Of a stretch of 64,000 nucleotides of DNA, positions 34,219-44,096 are shown piece by piece. Both the position numbers and the translations under genes were made by a program. The stretch's first letter is position 1, and every line of letters begins with the position of its first letter. The notes under the pieces are model-generated. The model had not been told where the DNA came from. It saw only the letters and a list, made by a program, of their open reading frames with translations, and did no database searches. Origin of the DNA: Podarcis pityusensis (Eukaryota); the NCBI GenBank assembly GCA_964106645.2, contig OZ067043.1. One strand, 5' to 3'.

Positions 34219-37200
34219 GAGAACTTCCCCCTTCTGGTCCAAACTTCAGTCCCTATCCTGATGTTAAGGGATGGTAATATCTTTTTCTTCTTGTGCTGCC
34301 CACATAACAGACTTTGTTTTGGAGCTAGCAGCCTTTTTCCAGATTGATGAAGGTTTTAGGCCTTCCCTTGTCCAACACCTTTAATGAAACGGGTTTCTTT
34401 CCTTTCCAGACGAACAATACTAACAAAGCTGATGAGATTTTTTATGATCCCACTGATGAATGGGAACCTGATTTTTCAAATGCATCCATCTCTTCTATTT
34501 CTTCAAGGAGGTAAATAATTTCTAGGTTGAATTTAATGTTAGATTCTGCCTCTTTACAAAAAATATAGAGAGAGAAGTATATATAAATAGTGAGTGGAAA
34601 GGAATTATAACCCTTTAGGGATGCTTATAGGTAGTTCAGTAACTACACCTGCAAAAAAATTAATATTTTGGTAATGTAGTAATGATGGGAAGCTTAACTT
34701 CTTAGCCTCCTCCGCAAAACACGACAAAGCAAGAAATGCCCGTGCAGAATCTCCCATCAAGACTGATCTTTCCCCACCCCCTTCATTGAGGCAGCCAAGG
34801 TTTCTGCTGGGGGAGCCAGTACAAGCCCAGATTAATATATTTAGAAAGGGATGGTTTCCAGCGTCCTTTGAACTGTTGCTGTGTTCATCCTCCAGTAGCA
34901 AGATAAATGAATAGTGTTCCTCACTAGAAACCAGATATAAATAAATGTATGCATGAGTTTCAGAAAATTAGTGGAAGCCACAAAAGTTTAAAAACACCTG
35001 TCCTGCTTTGTTTTCTCCCCCTCCATTTCTTGGTCAATTTCGATAGAAGTTTGAGGAGGAGCAAAAGAATTTCTGGATGTTTGTCTGAGGTAAAGATGAG
35101 ACTGCACAATTCATACCTATCAGGTGTGTATGCACTTATAATCATGTCACCTTCAAAAGCTATATTTAATGTAGCGTTCATTTTTAGTGGTTTGCAATTT
35201 TTCTTAAAAAACTAGTTGTTTTGTAAAGTATTCCCATATTTATAGGGGATAGTGTTCCTTTATATATTTTTGCCAGGTATGCAGCAACACGTGAGAGGGC
35301 ATTCTCAATATTGGCACCCTGGTTGTGGAATGCCCTCCCTTCACAAATTTGACTGGTGAGTTTTTGGTGCCATTTGAAAGCACACTTATTTACCTACACT
35401 TTTGGTCAAACCAGATGTGGAGTAGGCAACCTGCCCTTGATGATTTGTCAGTTTACTGTATGCAATGATGAGCTGGTTTTACTGGTAATATTTGCTTACT
35501 TTTTATATTGTAACTTGTTTTGGGATCAATTTTAATGAAGAACAATATATAAATCATTTCATTAAAGAAATATATCTTGCTCTCTTTCAAGTCATATTTA
35601 GTTTTATATTATTTATTATTATATCATCATCATTATTTACAAAGAGCAAACGTGCTTTTTCAAAAGGGCTCTACTTATTTGTCATAGTTTCGCTCTGTAC
35701 AGTATTTTTAAAAGTGGGGTAAGAGATCCATCAGAATGCTGACTTATTCTCACTCAATGGAGGAGTGGAGCATACAGGAAAGGGTTAATCTCTTCTAGAA
35801 GGTACAGTTAAAACTAGACTGATTTCTAGACTAGACCCCCTGACTTCTGTAAGGGAAGTTAACCCTTTCCTGTATGCTTCACTCTCAGCTAACTAGAAGA
35901 GCACTTCACAATTAAGTCCAGTTTTCCATTTTGTCTAACTATACGTATGCCTTCATCACACTGTTCTGTCATCACAGACTCAGCAAATAAATTGGGCAGC
36001 CTGGGCTCAGACCTACCTGAATCATCTCTACCTGGCATATGTAAGGAACTGATAGATTCAGCTTTGGATGTCTTGGGACAGACTACAGAAGAGGAAGAGA
36101 GCATAGCACAAAGCCTTTTAGCAACATTGTTTAACGTTTATGCTGGAGTCTCTGCTTTGATAAAGGCTTATGAGCAAGCTGAACAAAGTCAAGAGAACTG
36201 TAAGTCCTATTGCTGAGTTAGTAGCCCCTTTTTGAGTTCTAGCTTTGAACCTCATATAATTTATTTACAAGTGCACATTTCCTTCAGTCCAGAATAATTT
36301 GCCTCCTTTCTATCTTTTCAGTTTTCACTGTTAACTATACTGCTCAGTCCTGCAGCATCAAGATTAGTTCAGCTTTCGAACAGCTTGTTGTTCTAACCAA
36401 GCACTGGCTGAACAGTTTTCGAAAAAATGAAGAATTTGTAATGATTCATGTTGAAGTAAGGGAGAGTGTAAAACACCTGGGAGCATATCTGCAATTGCTC
36501 TTACGGGTAAGTTTTGTTGTTATGGCCATCCTTTAGGAATGAAAGAGAACAATTGGAAGTACAGTCGTACCTTGGAAGTTGAACGGAATCCATTTTAGAA
36601 GTCCGTTCAACTTCCAAAACGTTCGGAAACCAAAGGGCGGTTTCTGATTGGCTGCAGGAAGGTCCTGCAGACAATCGGAACCCGCGGAAGCCCCGTCGGA
36701 CGTTCAGCTTCCAAAACTAGTTCACTTCCAGGTTTGCGACATTCAGGAGCCAAAATGTTCAAGAACTAAGCTGTTCAAAAACCAAGGTACGACTGCATTG
36801 GCCAAAACTGTATTATCTATCAGTGTACATTGCAAATATTATGATGTCATGTTTCTGATGCTGGAACAAGACTATACTGTTGTCACAATATGAATAGGAA
36901 TGAATCATAAAGATGCATGCAACAACTGTATTTTTGTTTTCTCAGGGTGGTTGCTCAGATTTGTCTTCAGTAGTAGTAGAAGCACAAAAGAAAATAATGC
37001 AGATGTTGAAACAAATGGCAAAATACACAGGACACTTGGTGGTACTTACTGGCTCAGATCTACATCTTTCTGCAGAAAATATAAGTGATGCAAGCAACCC
37101 AAAGGTAAGAGAGACAGAGACAGAGGTGTCTGGTTCACATGTCACAGTAAGCCAAACCATGGTTTTGCAGATCTGTGGATAAAAAGATCTGATAGGGTGG

Positions 37201-40128
37201 GCACAAAACAATGGATAAAGAAAGTACAGTGGTACCTCTGGTTGTGAATGGCAAAATGACGTGTCGTCATTTTGCACGTCTGTGCATGCGCGAGCTGTAA
37301 AACCCAGAAGTAACGCTTTCCGGTACTTCTGGGTCGCCGCGGGATGCAACCTGAAAAGACGTAACCTGTGAAGCTAATGTAACAAGAGGTATGACTGTAC
37401 CAACAGACCACTGTAGGGATGGGGAATCTGTGGCCCTTTCAGATGATGAGACTTCTAAAAACTGTAACTGGCTTAATTTTTTTTTTGAAAAATCTCTTTT
37501 TGTTTTCAGAAGCAGTTTATACCAGACATCTGTGATGGAATGGTCTCTGGACTGGAACACCTTTTAAACTGCATACAGAAAAAATCTAGGGCAATGTGGA
37601 ATGAACTCTTAAAATGGTATCCACAAAATGAGGTGATGTGGGGATAATTATAAACTATCCTTTATGCATGAGGAGGGAAGCATATTTTTTACTATGTCAC
37701 AAATTTAATAGTGCAGTTTTAAGCTTCACGCTGTTTATATTTGCAACTGGTGATTTTCATTACAGACTTGTGTATATATAATCAGCATTTGCACTACACT
37801 TTTTTCTCACAGCTACACATACCACAGAAACACTTAAAACACATGGCATAATGAAACTGTTGACTGCTTAAAGGTTAAATGGCTTCTTTAAACCAGTGTG
37901 TCTGCTACAAGGGCAGTAGATTAAACCAAAACCAAAACCAGAATGCTGTCTGTAGTGAACAATATTTCATTTTTTTTGTATTGGTCTTTGCTGCCTTGGC
38001 AGACAGACTATAGCATTAAGAGGGGATAACTAAAGTGTTAATCTTAAATGCATGGAAACTCTCTGTTTAATTATGCTGTAAAATTAACAAGGAATCATAA
38101 GTGGCAAAATGGGAAGCATTTTTCTTATTACAGCTGATATTTCAAAATATATCGTCCAAGATGCAAAATGCTACTACAGTGGTACCTTGGTTCTCGAACT
38201 TAATCCGTTCTAGGAGTTCGTTCAACTCCCGAAACCATTCGAAAACCAAGGCTGCAGGAGCTTCTTGCACTTAATCGGAAGCTGCAGAAGGCGCGTCAGA
38301 TGTTTGGCTTCCAAAAAACATTCGCAAAACGGAACACTTCTGGGTTTGCGGTGTTCGGGAGCCGATTTGTTCGACAACTAAGCCATTCGGGAACCAAGGT
38401 ACCACTGTACTGGCAACGCTCAGTAGAATGTGTAACTTTTTTTTTTTAAAGGATTTGACATCCCAGAGCTCCACTGCCACAATGCATTTCGGGTGTCCTG
38501 TTTCAAAAGTGGTATACAAGGTGGCATAGGAGTCTGTGGTTCAATATATATTTTATCTGAATAATATTAAGATAGATTTTCGGGTTTTAATCGTTATCAA
38601 GTTTTATTTGTGGTGACATGAATTCTCGGTTAGTTTGCCGTCTAAACCAATGTTTATACATAAGAGTCTATTTCACATACACAAAACACACACACACTAA
38701 GCCACACCATTGCTTAGTGTGAGCAAGCAATCATGCAGGCTTTCGTTTTGCTCCTCCTTAGGTTGTTCGTTTCCTGCCCTGTGCTAAGCCATGGGTTTAG
38801 CCAAGCATGTTGTTTGACCCCAGGCTCATTGTTTTCCTTTCCCATACAATTCACAAACTGTAAACCACAGGAGAAACACAAGAGCCCAGGTTAAAATGGC
38901 GCACAAGGCACAGTGCAGCACAGCAGCAGAACAACTGGAGTAGGAACAAAGCAGCCACAGACTCATATCTGAGAGCCTACTCATTAGCACAACCATGGTT
39001 TGCCATGACATTGCATGTAAATGAGGTCACTGACTGCTGTGATCCTCTGCATATGGTGGTACAGTAGTAGGGGCAACCTTTTATATTTTCACTTGCATTA
39101 CACACATTTTGTAATGTCTGAAACGGGTATTCTGTGTGGATATCCACATGTGCAATGCCCCAATATACACTTCTCTCCCCTTTCCCTGTTGATATTAGAA
39201 TATTACATTTGTTGGGTGGCAAAGGGGGATGGGCTCCAGCCACTATGCTACATCCTAAACATTGTACAGGCTGTTATTCATGAACCAGGCCAAAGTTTCT
39301 AAATATCTCAGCTTGTGTTAGAAACTGTTTTATGTTTATGGTTTAAATTTAAGTAGAATCTAATTTAAAACGTCTTAACGCTTTTCTTTGCAGGTTCAGA
39401 ATCAAATAAAGACTAAAGCTATGGATTTGGCTAAAATCCTTGAAAATATAATAGCTGGTTGTAAAAAGGTAAACGGAGCTCTTTCTTAGTTACAATTTTC
39501 ACTTTCGACTTAGCAGAGTAGTATAACGTTGCTTACATATTACAGTGAAATTCAAATGAAATTAAACATTTTCCTGTTATTCTTGAAGTTTGGGCACTCA
39601 AAGAGATATTTAGCCAATCAATGCCAATATGTAGACAACAATAAATGGGTTTTCCAGGATTTGCTTACATCAAGGATGGGAAACCCTGTGGGCCTCTAGA
39701 TGTTGCTGCATTCCAACTGCCATCAGCCCCAACCAGCATCACCAATGGTCAGGGATGGTGGGAACTGTAGCCCAACAATATATGGAAGGCCAGAAGTTCT
39801 CCTTCCTCCATTTACACGTTATGGGTTGTATCCAACTGTCTCACTTTGCGGATGGAAGACACTTTGATCCACTTGAGGCTTCTCTCAGTGGAACACGAGA
39901 GGCTGGTGCTTCTTGCCAATCCCCCCGCCCCGCCCCATCCACAGCCCCAAATGCACACTCTATCTCAAATCTCATTGGAACAGTGTGGGAGGTAGTGTGA
40001 GGGGCCATATAGGGAAGGCGGAACTGCAAAATAATAATGATTAAACAAAAATGCCTCCCTCCCTGTTCCACTTTAGCAAAATTTTCTAAGAGGCCCATGT
40101 CAGTGGAAGGACACAATTGGATGCTACC

Positions 40129-40172
<44 letters not shown>

Positions 40173-42387
40173 ATATATCTCTATATATATATATATATAT
40201 ATATATCAGTGTAGGGACACGGGAGGCGCTGTGGTGTAAACCACTGAGCCTTGGGCTTGCCAATCGGAAGGTTGGCGGTTCGAATCCCTGCGACGGGGTG
40301 AGCTCCCGTTGTTCAGTCCCAGCCCCTGCCAACCTAGCAGTTCGAAAGCACGCCAAAAAAGTGCAAGTAGACAAATAGGTACCGCTCCAGTGGGAAGGTA
40401 AATGGCATTTCTGTGCGCTGCTCTGGTTTTGCCAGAAGCGGCTTAGTCATGCTGGCCACATGACCCAGAAAAACTGCGGACAAACGTCAGCTCCCTCGGC
40501 CACTAAAGCGAGATGAGCGCCACAACCCCAGAGTCGTTCGCGACTGGACTTAACTATCAGGGGTCCTTTTTTTACCTAACAATGTAATATGTGAAGAGGG
40601 CCTTATTGGACACAGGTTGCATCTTTACAGATCTTTAAAAGACCTACATAGTTCTTGAAAAACCAAGGCCACTTGTTTTTCAAAATCAGTATGATAGGCA
40701 ACCCGAAGAGACAGTATTCTCAGGGATAAAATTGTTTTTATTGTCTGTCATTTTCTGAAAACCATTTTTTAAAATTGGCACAGAAAGTAGCAGCAAATAT
40801 ATCAGGGACTGAAGAAGGTGTTGATCAGGAGTTAAAGAAAGCAACTAGCAAAGCTGTTGCATTCTTGGAATTACACCATTGCCTAGATCAAGTCTGTTGG
40901 ATGGTTACTTCTTCATTACAAGGTATGCTAATTTTCGTTATAAGGTATTGTGATAAATGACTGGATTTTAAAAACCATTTTAAGAGTATACTTAAAGAGA
41001 TACATCAGTTGGTGCCAGAGTCTCCATTTGCTTTACAATGTTTACGATGGAAAATGGTCATTGTGATCTTTTTTTCTTTCTGAGTAAACTTATTGCCTCC
41101 TTGATCAAGGCCAAATTCACATTAGCTCTTTAGTCGTGCTGTTGCAGAACTGCTTTTCTGCAAGCATTCCCACATTTCATTGGTAACTTGTAAAAGTTGC
41201 TTAGATCGTGTGGTCCTTCTCATGCTAAAGTCAGTGACTGTGATGGAGATATAGGCTTGGCATGGAGTGTACAAACTTCATATTACTGACTGAAAGCAGA
41301 AGCCAACAACGAGAAAGCAGGTTTGCTGCTAGAGCTTCACCAGAGGGTAGCAAAGTGAGTGAAGAGAGAATTTTGTGGGGACCTCATGGTGTTCCGACCA
41401 GAAACATCATTGTTTCTTCTGTATGCAGTGTATTTAAAATTTAGATCCCTGCAGTTTCTCTCACTGCATCTATGATAAGTAATATACACTTGTTTTTATT
41501 AAGGTCAGCTCTGTTTGGCTACTGTCTTTGTTCTTGACCACTTTGCCTACAAGCTAAGATTGCCTATTAGGGAATGCAACCGTCAAATTGAAAAAGCGTT
41601 CCCCATTCAATCCTTTTCTACAGTGAATGGCAGCCCTTCTCCCTTCTTAACATCTAAAGTTTAAAAAGCATGTAGTAGGATACCTAATACTTGCATGCAG
41701 TATTATTTTCTGGTGCCTCAAATGCAGCACTTTATGTTATGTCAATGGTTGATTCTGCCAGTGGAAGCCATGAACATATCCCCACCTTGTGGAACAAATT
41801 ATAGTAAGGTAAACAATCATATTTCTGCAATCATTCTCTAAGCCTCCTGAACATTTTTTTTCATGAAAAACAAAAATAAGCTATGTGTATAAATCTGTTA
41901 TTCCTTTCTGAGTCTCTTCAAACGATGTGCAGATTATTCACATTTCTTCCTAATTATTTTTAACTTACTGGCTTTTTTACCTTTGTTTTTCACAGGCTCA
42001 TATAGAAACAGAAGTCCATTTAGGTATTTCATAGAAAAGATTTGCATCTTAACTGGGAATTTTAACACTCTCTGCAACCCATCTGTATTATCCACTGATA
42101 CAGCAGACAATCCTGTTTGCACAATCCCAGAGCCTTCTGTGAACCATAGAGAATTGGACTCCGTAGCAAAGTCACTCATTATAAGTTTTGAACTTGAACA
42201 GGGACAGAATTCATCAAATGTTCAGGACACTTGTATGCAAAATTCTTGTTCTGAAGGAAAACAACTTGAAGAGGATGAGGTTCTAAACATCTGGGAACAG
42301 AAAGAAGCTCCAAAATGGGAACATCTACTTTGGTCTCTACCTAAAAGCTTAGGGGAAGCTTCACCTAGTGGAATCCATTGGGTATAA
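12562..42387 (+). CDS. KIF14: Kinesin-like protein KIF14 (kinesin-3), complete CDS in 29 exons, 1646-1647 aa
   Basis: Hand-spliced, phase-consistent exons total 4941 nt. Features are a long N-terminal extension, P-loop GQTGSGKS, switch I NDKSSRSH, switch II DLAGSE, FHA region ([12 protein letters not shown]...FRFNHP), coiled coils and C-terminal IHWV. Confidence 0.96.
14864..15115 (+). CDS. KIF14: KIF14 exon with P-loop (FDFSFWS...[11 protein letters not shown])
   Basis: cag acceptor at 14861-14863, gtaagt donor at 15116. Confidence 0.95.
15444..15570. mobile_element. hAT-type MITE
   Basis: TIRs taagggtacc / ggtaacctta; 8-bp TSD atgtatgc at 15436-15443 and 15571-15578; internal gtcccc subrepeats. 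Confidence 0.75.
15631..15782. mobile_element. hAT-type palindromic MITE nested in an older interspersed repeat
   Basis: TIRs cagtgtttcccaaact / agtttgggaaacgctg; same family as 45299-45433 and 59782-59917. The flanks (about 15597-15910) resemble the uninterrupted repeat at about 22055-22240. Confidence 0.75.
16426..16516 (+). CDS. KIF14: KIF14 exon ([20 protein letters not shown])
   Basis: tacag acceptor, gtattg donor; kinesin GIIPR motif. Confidence 0.93.
17217..17315 (+). CDS. KIF14: KIF14 exon ([14 protein letters not shown])
   Basis: attag acceptor, gtaagt donor; 33 codons. Confidence 0.94.
18163..18215 (+). CDS. KIF14: KIF14 exon ([17 protein letters not shown])
   Basis: aacag acceptor, gtaaga donor. 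Confidence 0.93.
18278..18503. mobile_element. Tc1/mariner (Tigger-like) MITE
   Basis: TA|cagtggtacct...aggtaccactg|TA; internal ttaacctgaa subrepeats. Confidence 0.85.
19210..19240 (+). CDS. KIF14: KIF14 31-nt exon ([10 protein letters not shown])
   Basis: ttctag acceptor, gtaagg donor; needed to bridge phase 2 to phase 0. Confidence 0.88.
19424..19591. mobile_element. Tc1/mariner-superfamily MITE (CCGTA termini)
   Basis: TA|ccgtattttt...aaaaatacgg|TA. Confidence 0.8.
20515..20806 (+). mobile_element. L1-like 3' UTR fragment
   Basis: ggagggaagtca motif shared with the reverse-oriented copy at about 7020; T-rich then A-rich end. Confidence 0.5.
21138..21280 (+). mobile_element. CR1 LINE 3' end
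   Basis: ggactctccttcactggac...ggactagatgaccctcaaggtcccttccaactctacaattctatgattcta. Confidence 0.8.
21398..21505 (+). CDS. KIF14: KIF14 exon with switch I ([12 protein letters not shown])
   Basis: atcag acceptor, gtactg donor; 36 codons. Confidence 0.95.
22295..22411 (+). CDS. KIF14: KIF14 exon with switch II ([10 protein letters not shown])
   Basis: ttttag acceptor, gtaaaa donor; 39 codons. Confidence 0.95.
23350..23468 (+). CDS. KIF14: KIF14 exon ([16 protein letters not shown]...[10 protein letters not shown])
   Basis: atag acceptor, gtatgt donor. Confidence 0.95.
23785..24030. mobile_element. Tc1/mariner (Tigger-like) MITE
   Basis: TA|cactggtacctc...gaggtatgactg|TA; related to 37227-37397. 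Confidence 0.8.
24309..24728. mobile_element. Tc1/mariner (Tigger-like) MITE with internal 23-bp tandem repeat
   Basis: TA|cagtggtgcctcgcaagac...gtcttgcggggcatcactg|TA; multiple ttcgtcttgcg subterminal motifs. Confidence 0.85.
25240..25412 (+). CDS. KIF14: KIF14 exon ([12 protein letters not shown]...ETLSTLRYA...VNED)
   Basis: gtag acceptor, gtaagc donor; end of motor domain and neck linker. Confidence 0.95.
26156..26303 (+). CDS. KIF14: KIF14 exon, neck coiled coil (LKAEIEKLK)
   Basis: tgtag acceptor, gtactg donor. Confidence 0.92.
26749..26812 (+). CDS. KIF14: KIF14 exon ([13 protein letters not shown])
   Basis: Weak aag acceptor, gtacca donor; phase-consistent with neighbours. Confidence 0.88.
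26972..27156 (+). CDS. KIF14: KIF14 exon ([18 protein letters not shown]; FHA start)
   Basis: ttttag acceptor, gtaggt donor; kinesin-3 signature. Confidence 0.95.
27978..28080 (+). CDS. KIF14: KIF14 exon, FHA domain (TYVNG)
   Basis: tgtag acceptor, gtgagt donor. Confidence 0.93.
28288..28448 (+). CDS. KIF14: KIF14 exon ([17 protein letters not shown])
   Basis: tttag acceptor, gtgagt donor. Confidence 0.94.
29265..29412 (+). CDS. KIF14: KIF14 exon, coiled coil ([17 protein letters not shown])
   Basis: gtag acceptor, gtgagt donor. Confidence 0.92.
29797..29855 (-). mobile_element. Internally deleted copy of the tRNA-Lys/CR1-tail SINE
   Basis: Matches both ends of 3486-3626 with the middle missing. 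Confidence 0.65.
29861..30046 (-). mobile_element. tRNA-derived SINE with L2-like 3' end and (CTT)n tail (Squam3-like)
   Basis: Minus strand has A box tggtgtagtgg, B box ggttcaattcc and 3' end agccgctttgag...ctcttcttctt. Confidence 0.7.
30712..30864 (+). CDS. KIF14: KIF14 exon, coiled coil ([10 protein letters not shown]...[10 protein letters not shown])
   Basis: cttag acceptor, gtaaat donor; 51 codons. Confidence 0.92.
31721..31838 (+). CDS. KIF14: KIF14 exon ([20 protein letters not shown])
   Basis: gtag acceptor, gtatgg donor. Confidence 0.91.
31853..32207 (+). mobile_element. Sauria SINE, full length, CpG-rich
   Basis: gggacgcgggtggcgc head; ggttcgaatccc B box; gtacctttaccttt tail. Confidence 0.92.
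32380..32773. mobile_element. hAT-type non-autonomous element
   Basis: TIRs tagtgttcgaaact / agtttctaacactg; 8-bp TSD tttgcttg at 32372-32379 and 32774-32781. Confidence 0.75.
33117..33207 (+). CDS. KIF14: KIF14 exon ([19 protein letters not shown]); alternative start at 33114
   Basis: TAGCAG tandem acceptor, gtaagt donor. Confidence 0.9.
33622..33760 (+). CDS. KIF14: KIF14 exon ([23 protein letters not shown])
   Basis: atcag acceptor, gtttgt donor. Confidence 0.92.
34410..34510 (+). CDS. KIF14: KIF14 exon ([12 protein letters not shown])
   Basis: tccag acceptor, gtaaat donor. Confidence 0.9.
35047..35123 (+). CDS. KIF14: KIF14 exon ([12 protein letters not shown])
   Basis: gatag acceptor, gtgtgt donor; only this donor keeps frame with the next exon. 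Confidence 0.82.
35280..35560 (+). mobile_element. Decayed L2-type LINE 3' fragment
   Basis: agggcattctc...ttgtggaatgccctccct motif. Confidence 0.5.
35978..36199 (+). CDS. KIF14: KIF14 exon ([13 protein letters not shown])
   Basis: cacag acceptor, gtaagt donor. Confidence 0.9.
36322..36506 (+). CDS. KIF14: KIF14 exon ([14 protein letters not shown])
   Basis: ttcag acceptor, gtaagt donor. Confidence 0.9.
36562..36795. mobile_element. Tc1/mariner (Tigger-like) MITE
   Basis: TA|cagtcgtaccttgg...ccaaggtacgactg. Confidence 0.82.
36946..37104 (+). CDS. KIF14: KIF14 exon ([15 protein letters not shown])
   Basis: ctcag acceptor, gtaaga donor; 53 codons. Confidence 0.9.
37227..37397. mobile_element. 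Tc1/mariner (Tigger-like) MITE
   Basis: TA|cagtggtacctc...gaggtatgactg|TA. Confidence 0.8.
37510..37632 (+). CDS. KIF14: KIF14 exon ([11 protein letters not shown]...YPQNE)
   Basis: ttcag acceptor, gtgatg donor; 41 codons, open frame. Confidence 0.83.
38177..38407. mobile_element. Tc1/mariner (Tigger-like) MITE
   Basis: TA|cagtggtaccttggttc...gaaccaaggtaccactg|TA. Confidence 0.85.
39394..39468 (+). CDS. KIF14: KIF14 exon ([19 protein letters not shown])
   Basis: tgcag acceptor, gtaaac donor; 25 codons. Confidence 0.85.
40131..40206. repeat. (AT)n microsatellite
   Basis: Direct inspection; two short interruptions. Confidence 0.95.
40214..40577 (+). mobile_element. Sauria SINE, full length
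   Basis: Colinear with 8791-9136. Confidence 0.9.
40784..40922 (+). CDS. KIF14: KIF14 penultimate coding exon ([10 protein letters not shown])
   Basis: cacag acceptor, gtatgc donor. Confidence 0.85.
41996..42387 (+). CDS. KIF14: KIF14 terminal coding exon ending SPSGIHWV*
   Basis: Strong pyrimidine tract and cacag acceptor; TAA at 42385-42387. Confidence 0.9.
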
Positions 42388-42415
42388 ATTATTGCTTAAC
42401 TTATGGAATGCAGGT

Positions 42416-42421
42416 AATAAA
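42416..42421 (+). terminator. Candidate proximal KIF14 polyadenylation signal (AATAAA)
   Basis: Canonical hexamer 28 nt after the stop codon, followed by GT-rich sequence. Confidence 0.4.
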
Positions 42422-44090
42422 CACTGTAACGGTTATGTTGGCTATTGTGTTGGCATCTGGAAAAAATGGAGCCTTGGAACAATAAGTCTTTGGGCTAGTT
42501 CACATGCTCACCCAGCCAAGATTGCCCTTCTGTGGTGAATGGAATAAGTGCAGGTCTTCCTCTTTTACTTGCATATTTAAGGCATTGTGTGAATCCATTC
42601 ATGAAGTCTCAGTTCACTAAATTTTTATCTCTTAGGGTGTAACTAAAAGTTTGCAAATCATCCCATGAGAAGGGTTCCTGGTTCCCAAAATATCTTATAT
42701 GTACTTTTCAGAGGAGTGGTCTTGCCTGCTCCCTCTATCATGGAATGACAGTTCTGGGCTGGGTGATGTAGTCACTGGTCCCTAAAGAAGCTGCAAATTC
42801 ACACCAAAAGGAAGTCCAGTCCAAGATGCATATTATAAGCTGTGGGGCAAGTCAGAAAATTCAGTCGTTAAAATTTAATTCATTCTGCATGCATGTAATA
42901 GCTTCATTTTAAAACCATGCTCCAACATCGAAGGAGTTGCATTAACCTTGCTGGTCATATTTCTTAGCTCTTGGGGTCTATAAATGTTTAATGTTTAGTA
43001 GGCAGTTGCAGTACCTAGGCCAAATATATTTAAAGTGAAATTCTTGACAAATGGGGACATAGTTGCTTGGGTAGTGATGTGTCATTTTATACGAATAATT
43101 TTAACAATGCACCCCTGTTTTGCAGCCATTGTTTGGGCACAGTTCAAGTTGTAGAATAAGAGGCTTAGAAGAGGTCTCTTGCTGCCACTGAACCCTCAGG
43201 ATGGTTAGTCTCCAAAGAGACTCATGTCTGCACCCATGCAAATGGCTTGTGTTTACCACAAGGGTGTCTAAACATGTGAGCCAATTTCCCTTTCAGCAGT
43301 AACTGCTCATTGCTGGGGGGAAGCCACTTCAAAGGACCCCAACCTTTAGGTATGATTTTCTAGGGCACAGAGGAAAGGAAATGGCAAGACTGCCCTTTGG
43401 ATTCCATTTGATTACATGGAATAACAGGGTATGAGGTAAAGTGATTTAAAAAGTAACAGCTTCTTCTCAGTTTGGTGGCAATGATTTTTAAAACAAGTGA
43501 AAGGGAGTAGCTTCTGAGTATGGTAAGTTCCCTCAGCCTTAATTTTAAAGAACAAGCTTTTCATTATTTTGTAATTTATATGCAGTACTTGTTTTGGTTG
43601 TTGTTTTTTAAGAATAACATATTTAATTCTTTTTAGCAGAGCTTTTCCATTATAATTATGGTTTGCCAACAGAGTTGTTTGGACACCTGAAAGTCAACTT
43701 TACTTTTAACGGTGTACCACACAGTACAACAGAACTCGTTCATCATTCGTTAAAAGGCTTTAAAATGATCGTTGACCTGACACAAACTATTTCAGTTGTT
43801 GAGAATTTTAAAAATCCCTTAAAACAAAAACACAGTGCTGGCTTTCACATTTTTATAGTACCAGTTTTGATTGATGCTTGTAAATGTAACTCCTCCTAAT
43901 CATGTATTGTCTATACACATCTATTTACATACACAAATTTGTATATAAGGTGCTTACAAAGATCAGAATTGAATTGTAAAGATTTGCAAATAGAGCATAA
44001 GGTACCTTTAAACATTATTGGTTCTTTTTAAAAAACTAGTATCTGCCTTGAGCCATATATATTGAGCTTTAAATGCTGTACAAAAGTGAT

Positions 44091-44096
44091 ATTAAA
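44091..44096 (+). terminator. Candidate distal KIF14 polyadenylation signal (ATTAAA)
   Basis: TGTA just upstream and a GT/T-rich tract (gtgtatgtgttttt) about 15-25 nt downstream. Confidence 0.5.

Noticed and set aside
31853-40577. SINE-SINE dsRNA pairing in KIF14 pre-mRNA
   Set aside because: Both intronic Sauria SINEs have the same orientation, and the antisense copies lie beyond the predicted 3' end.
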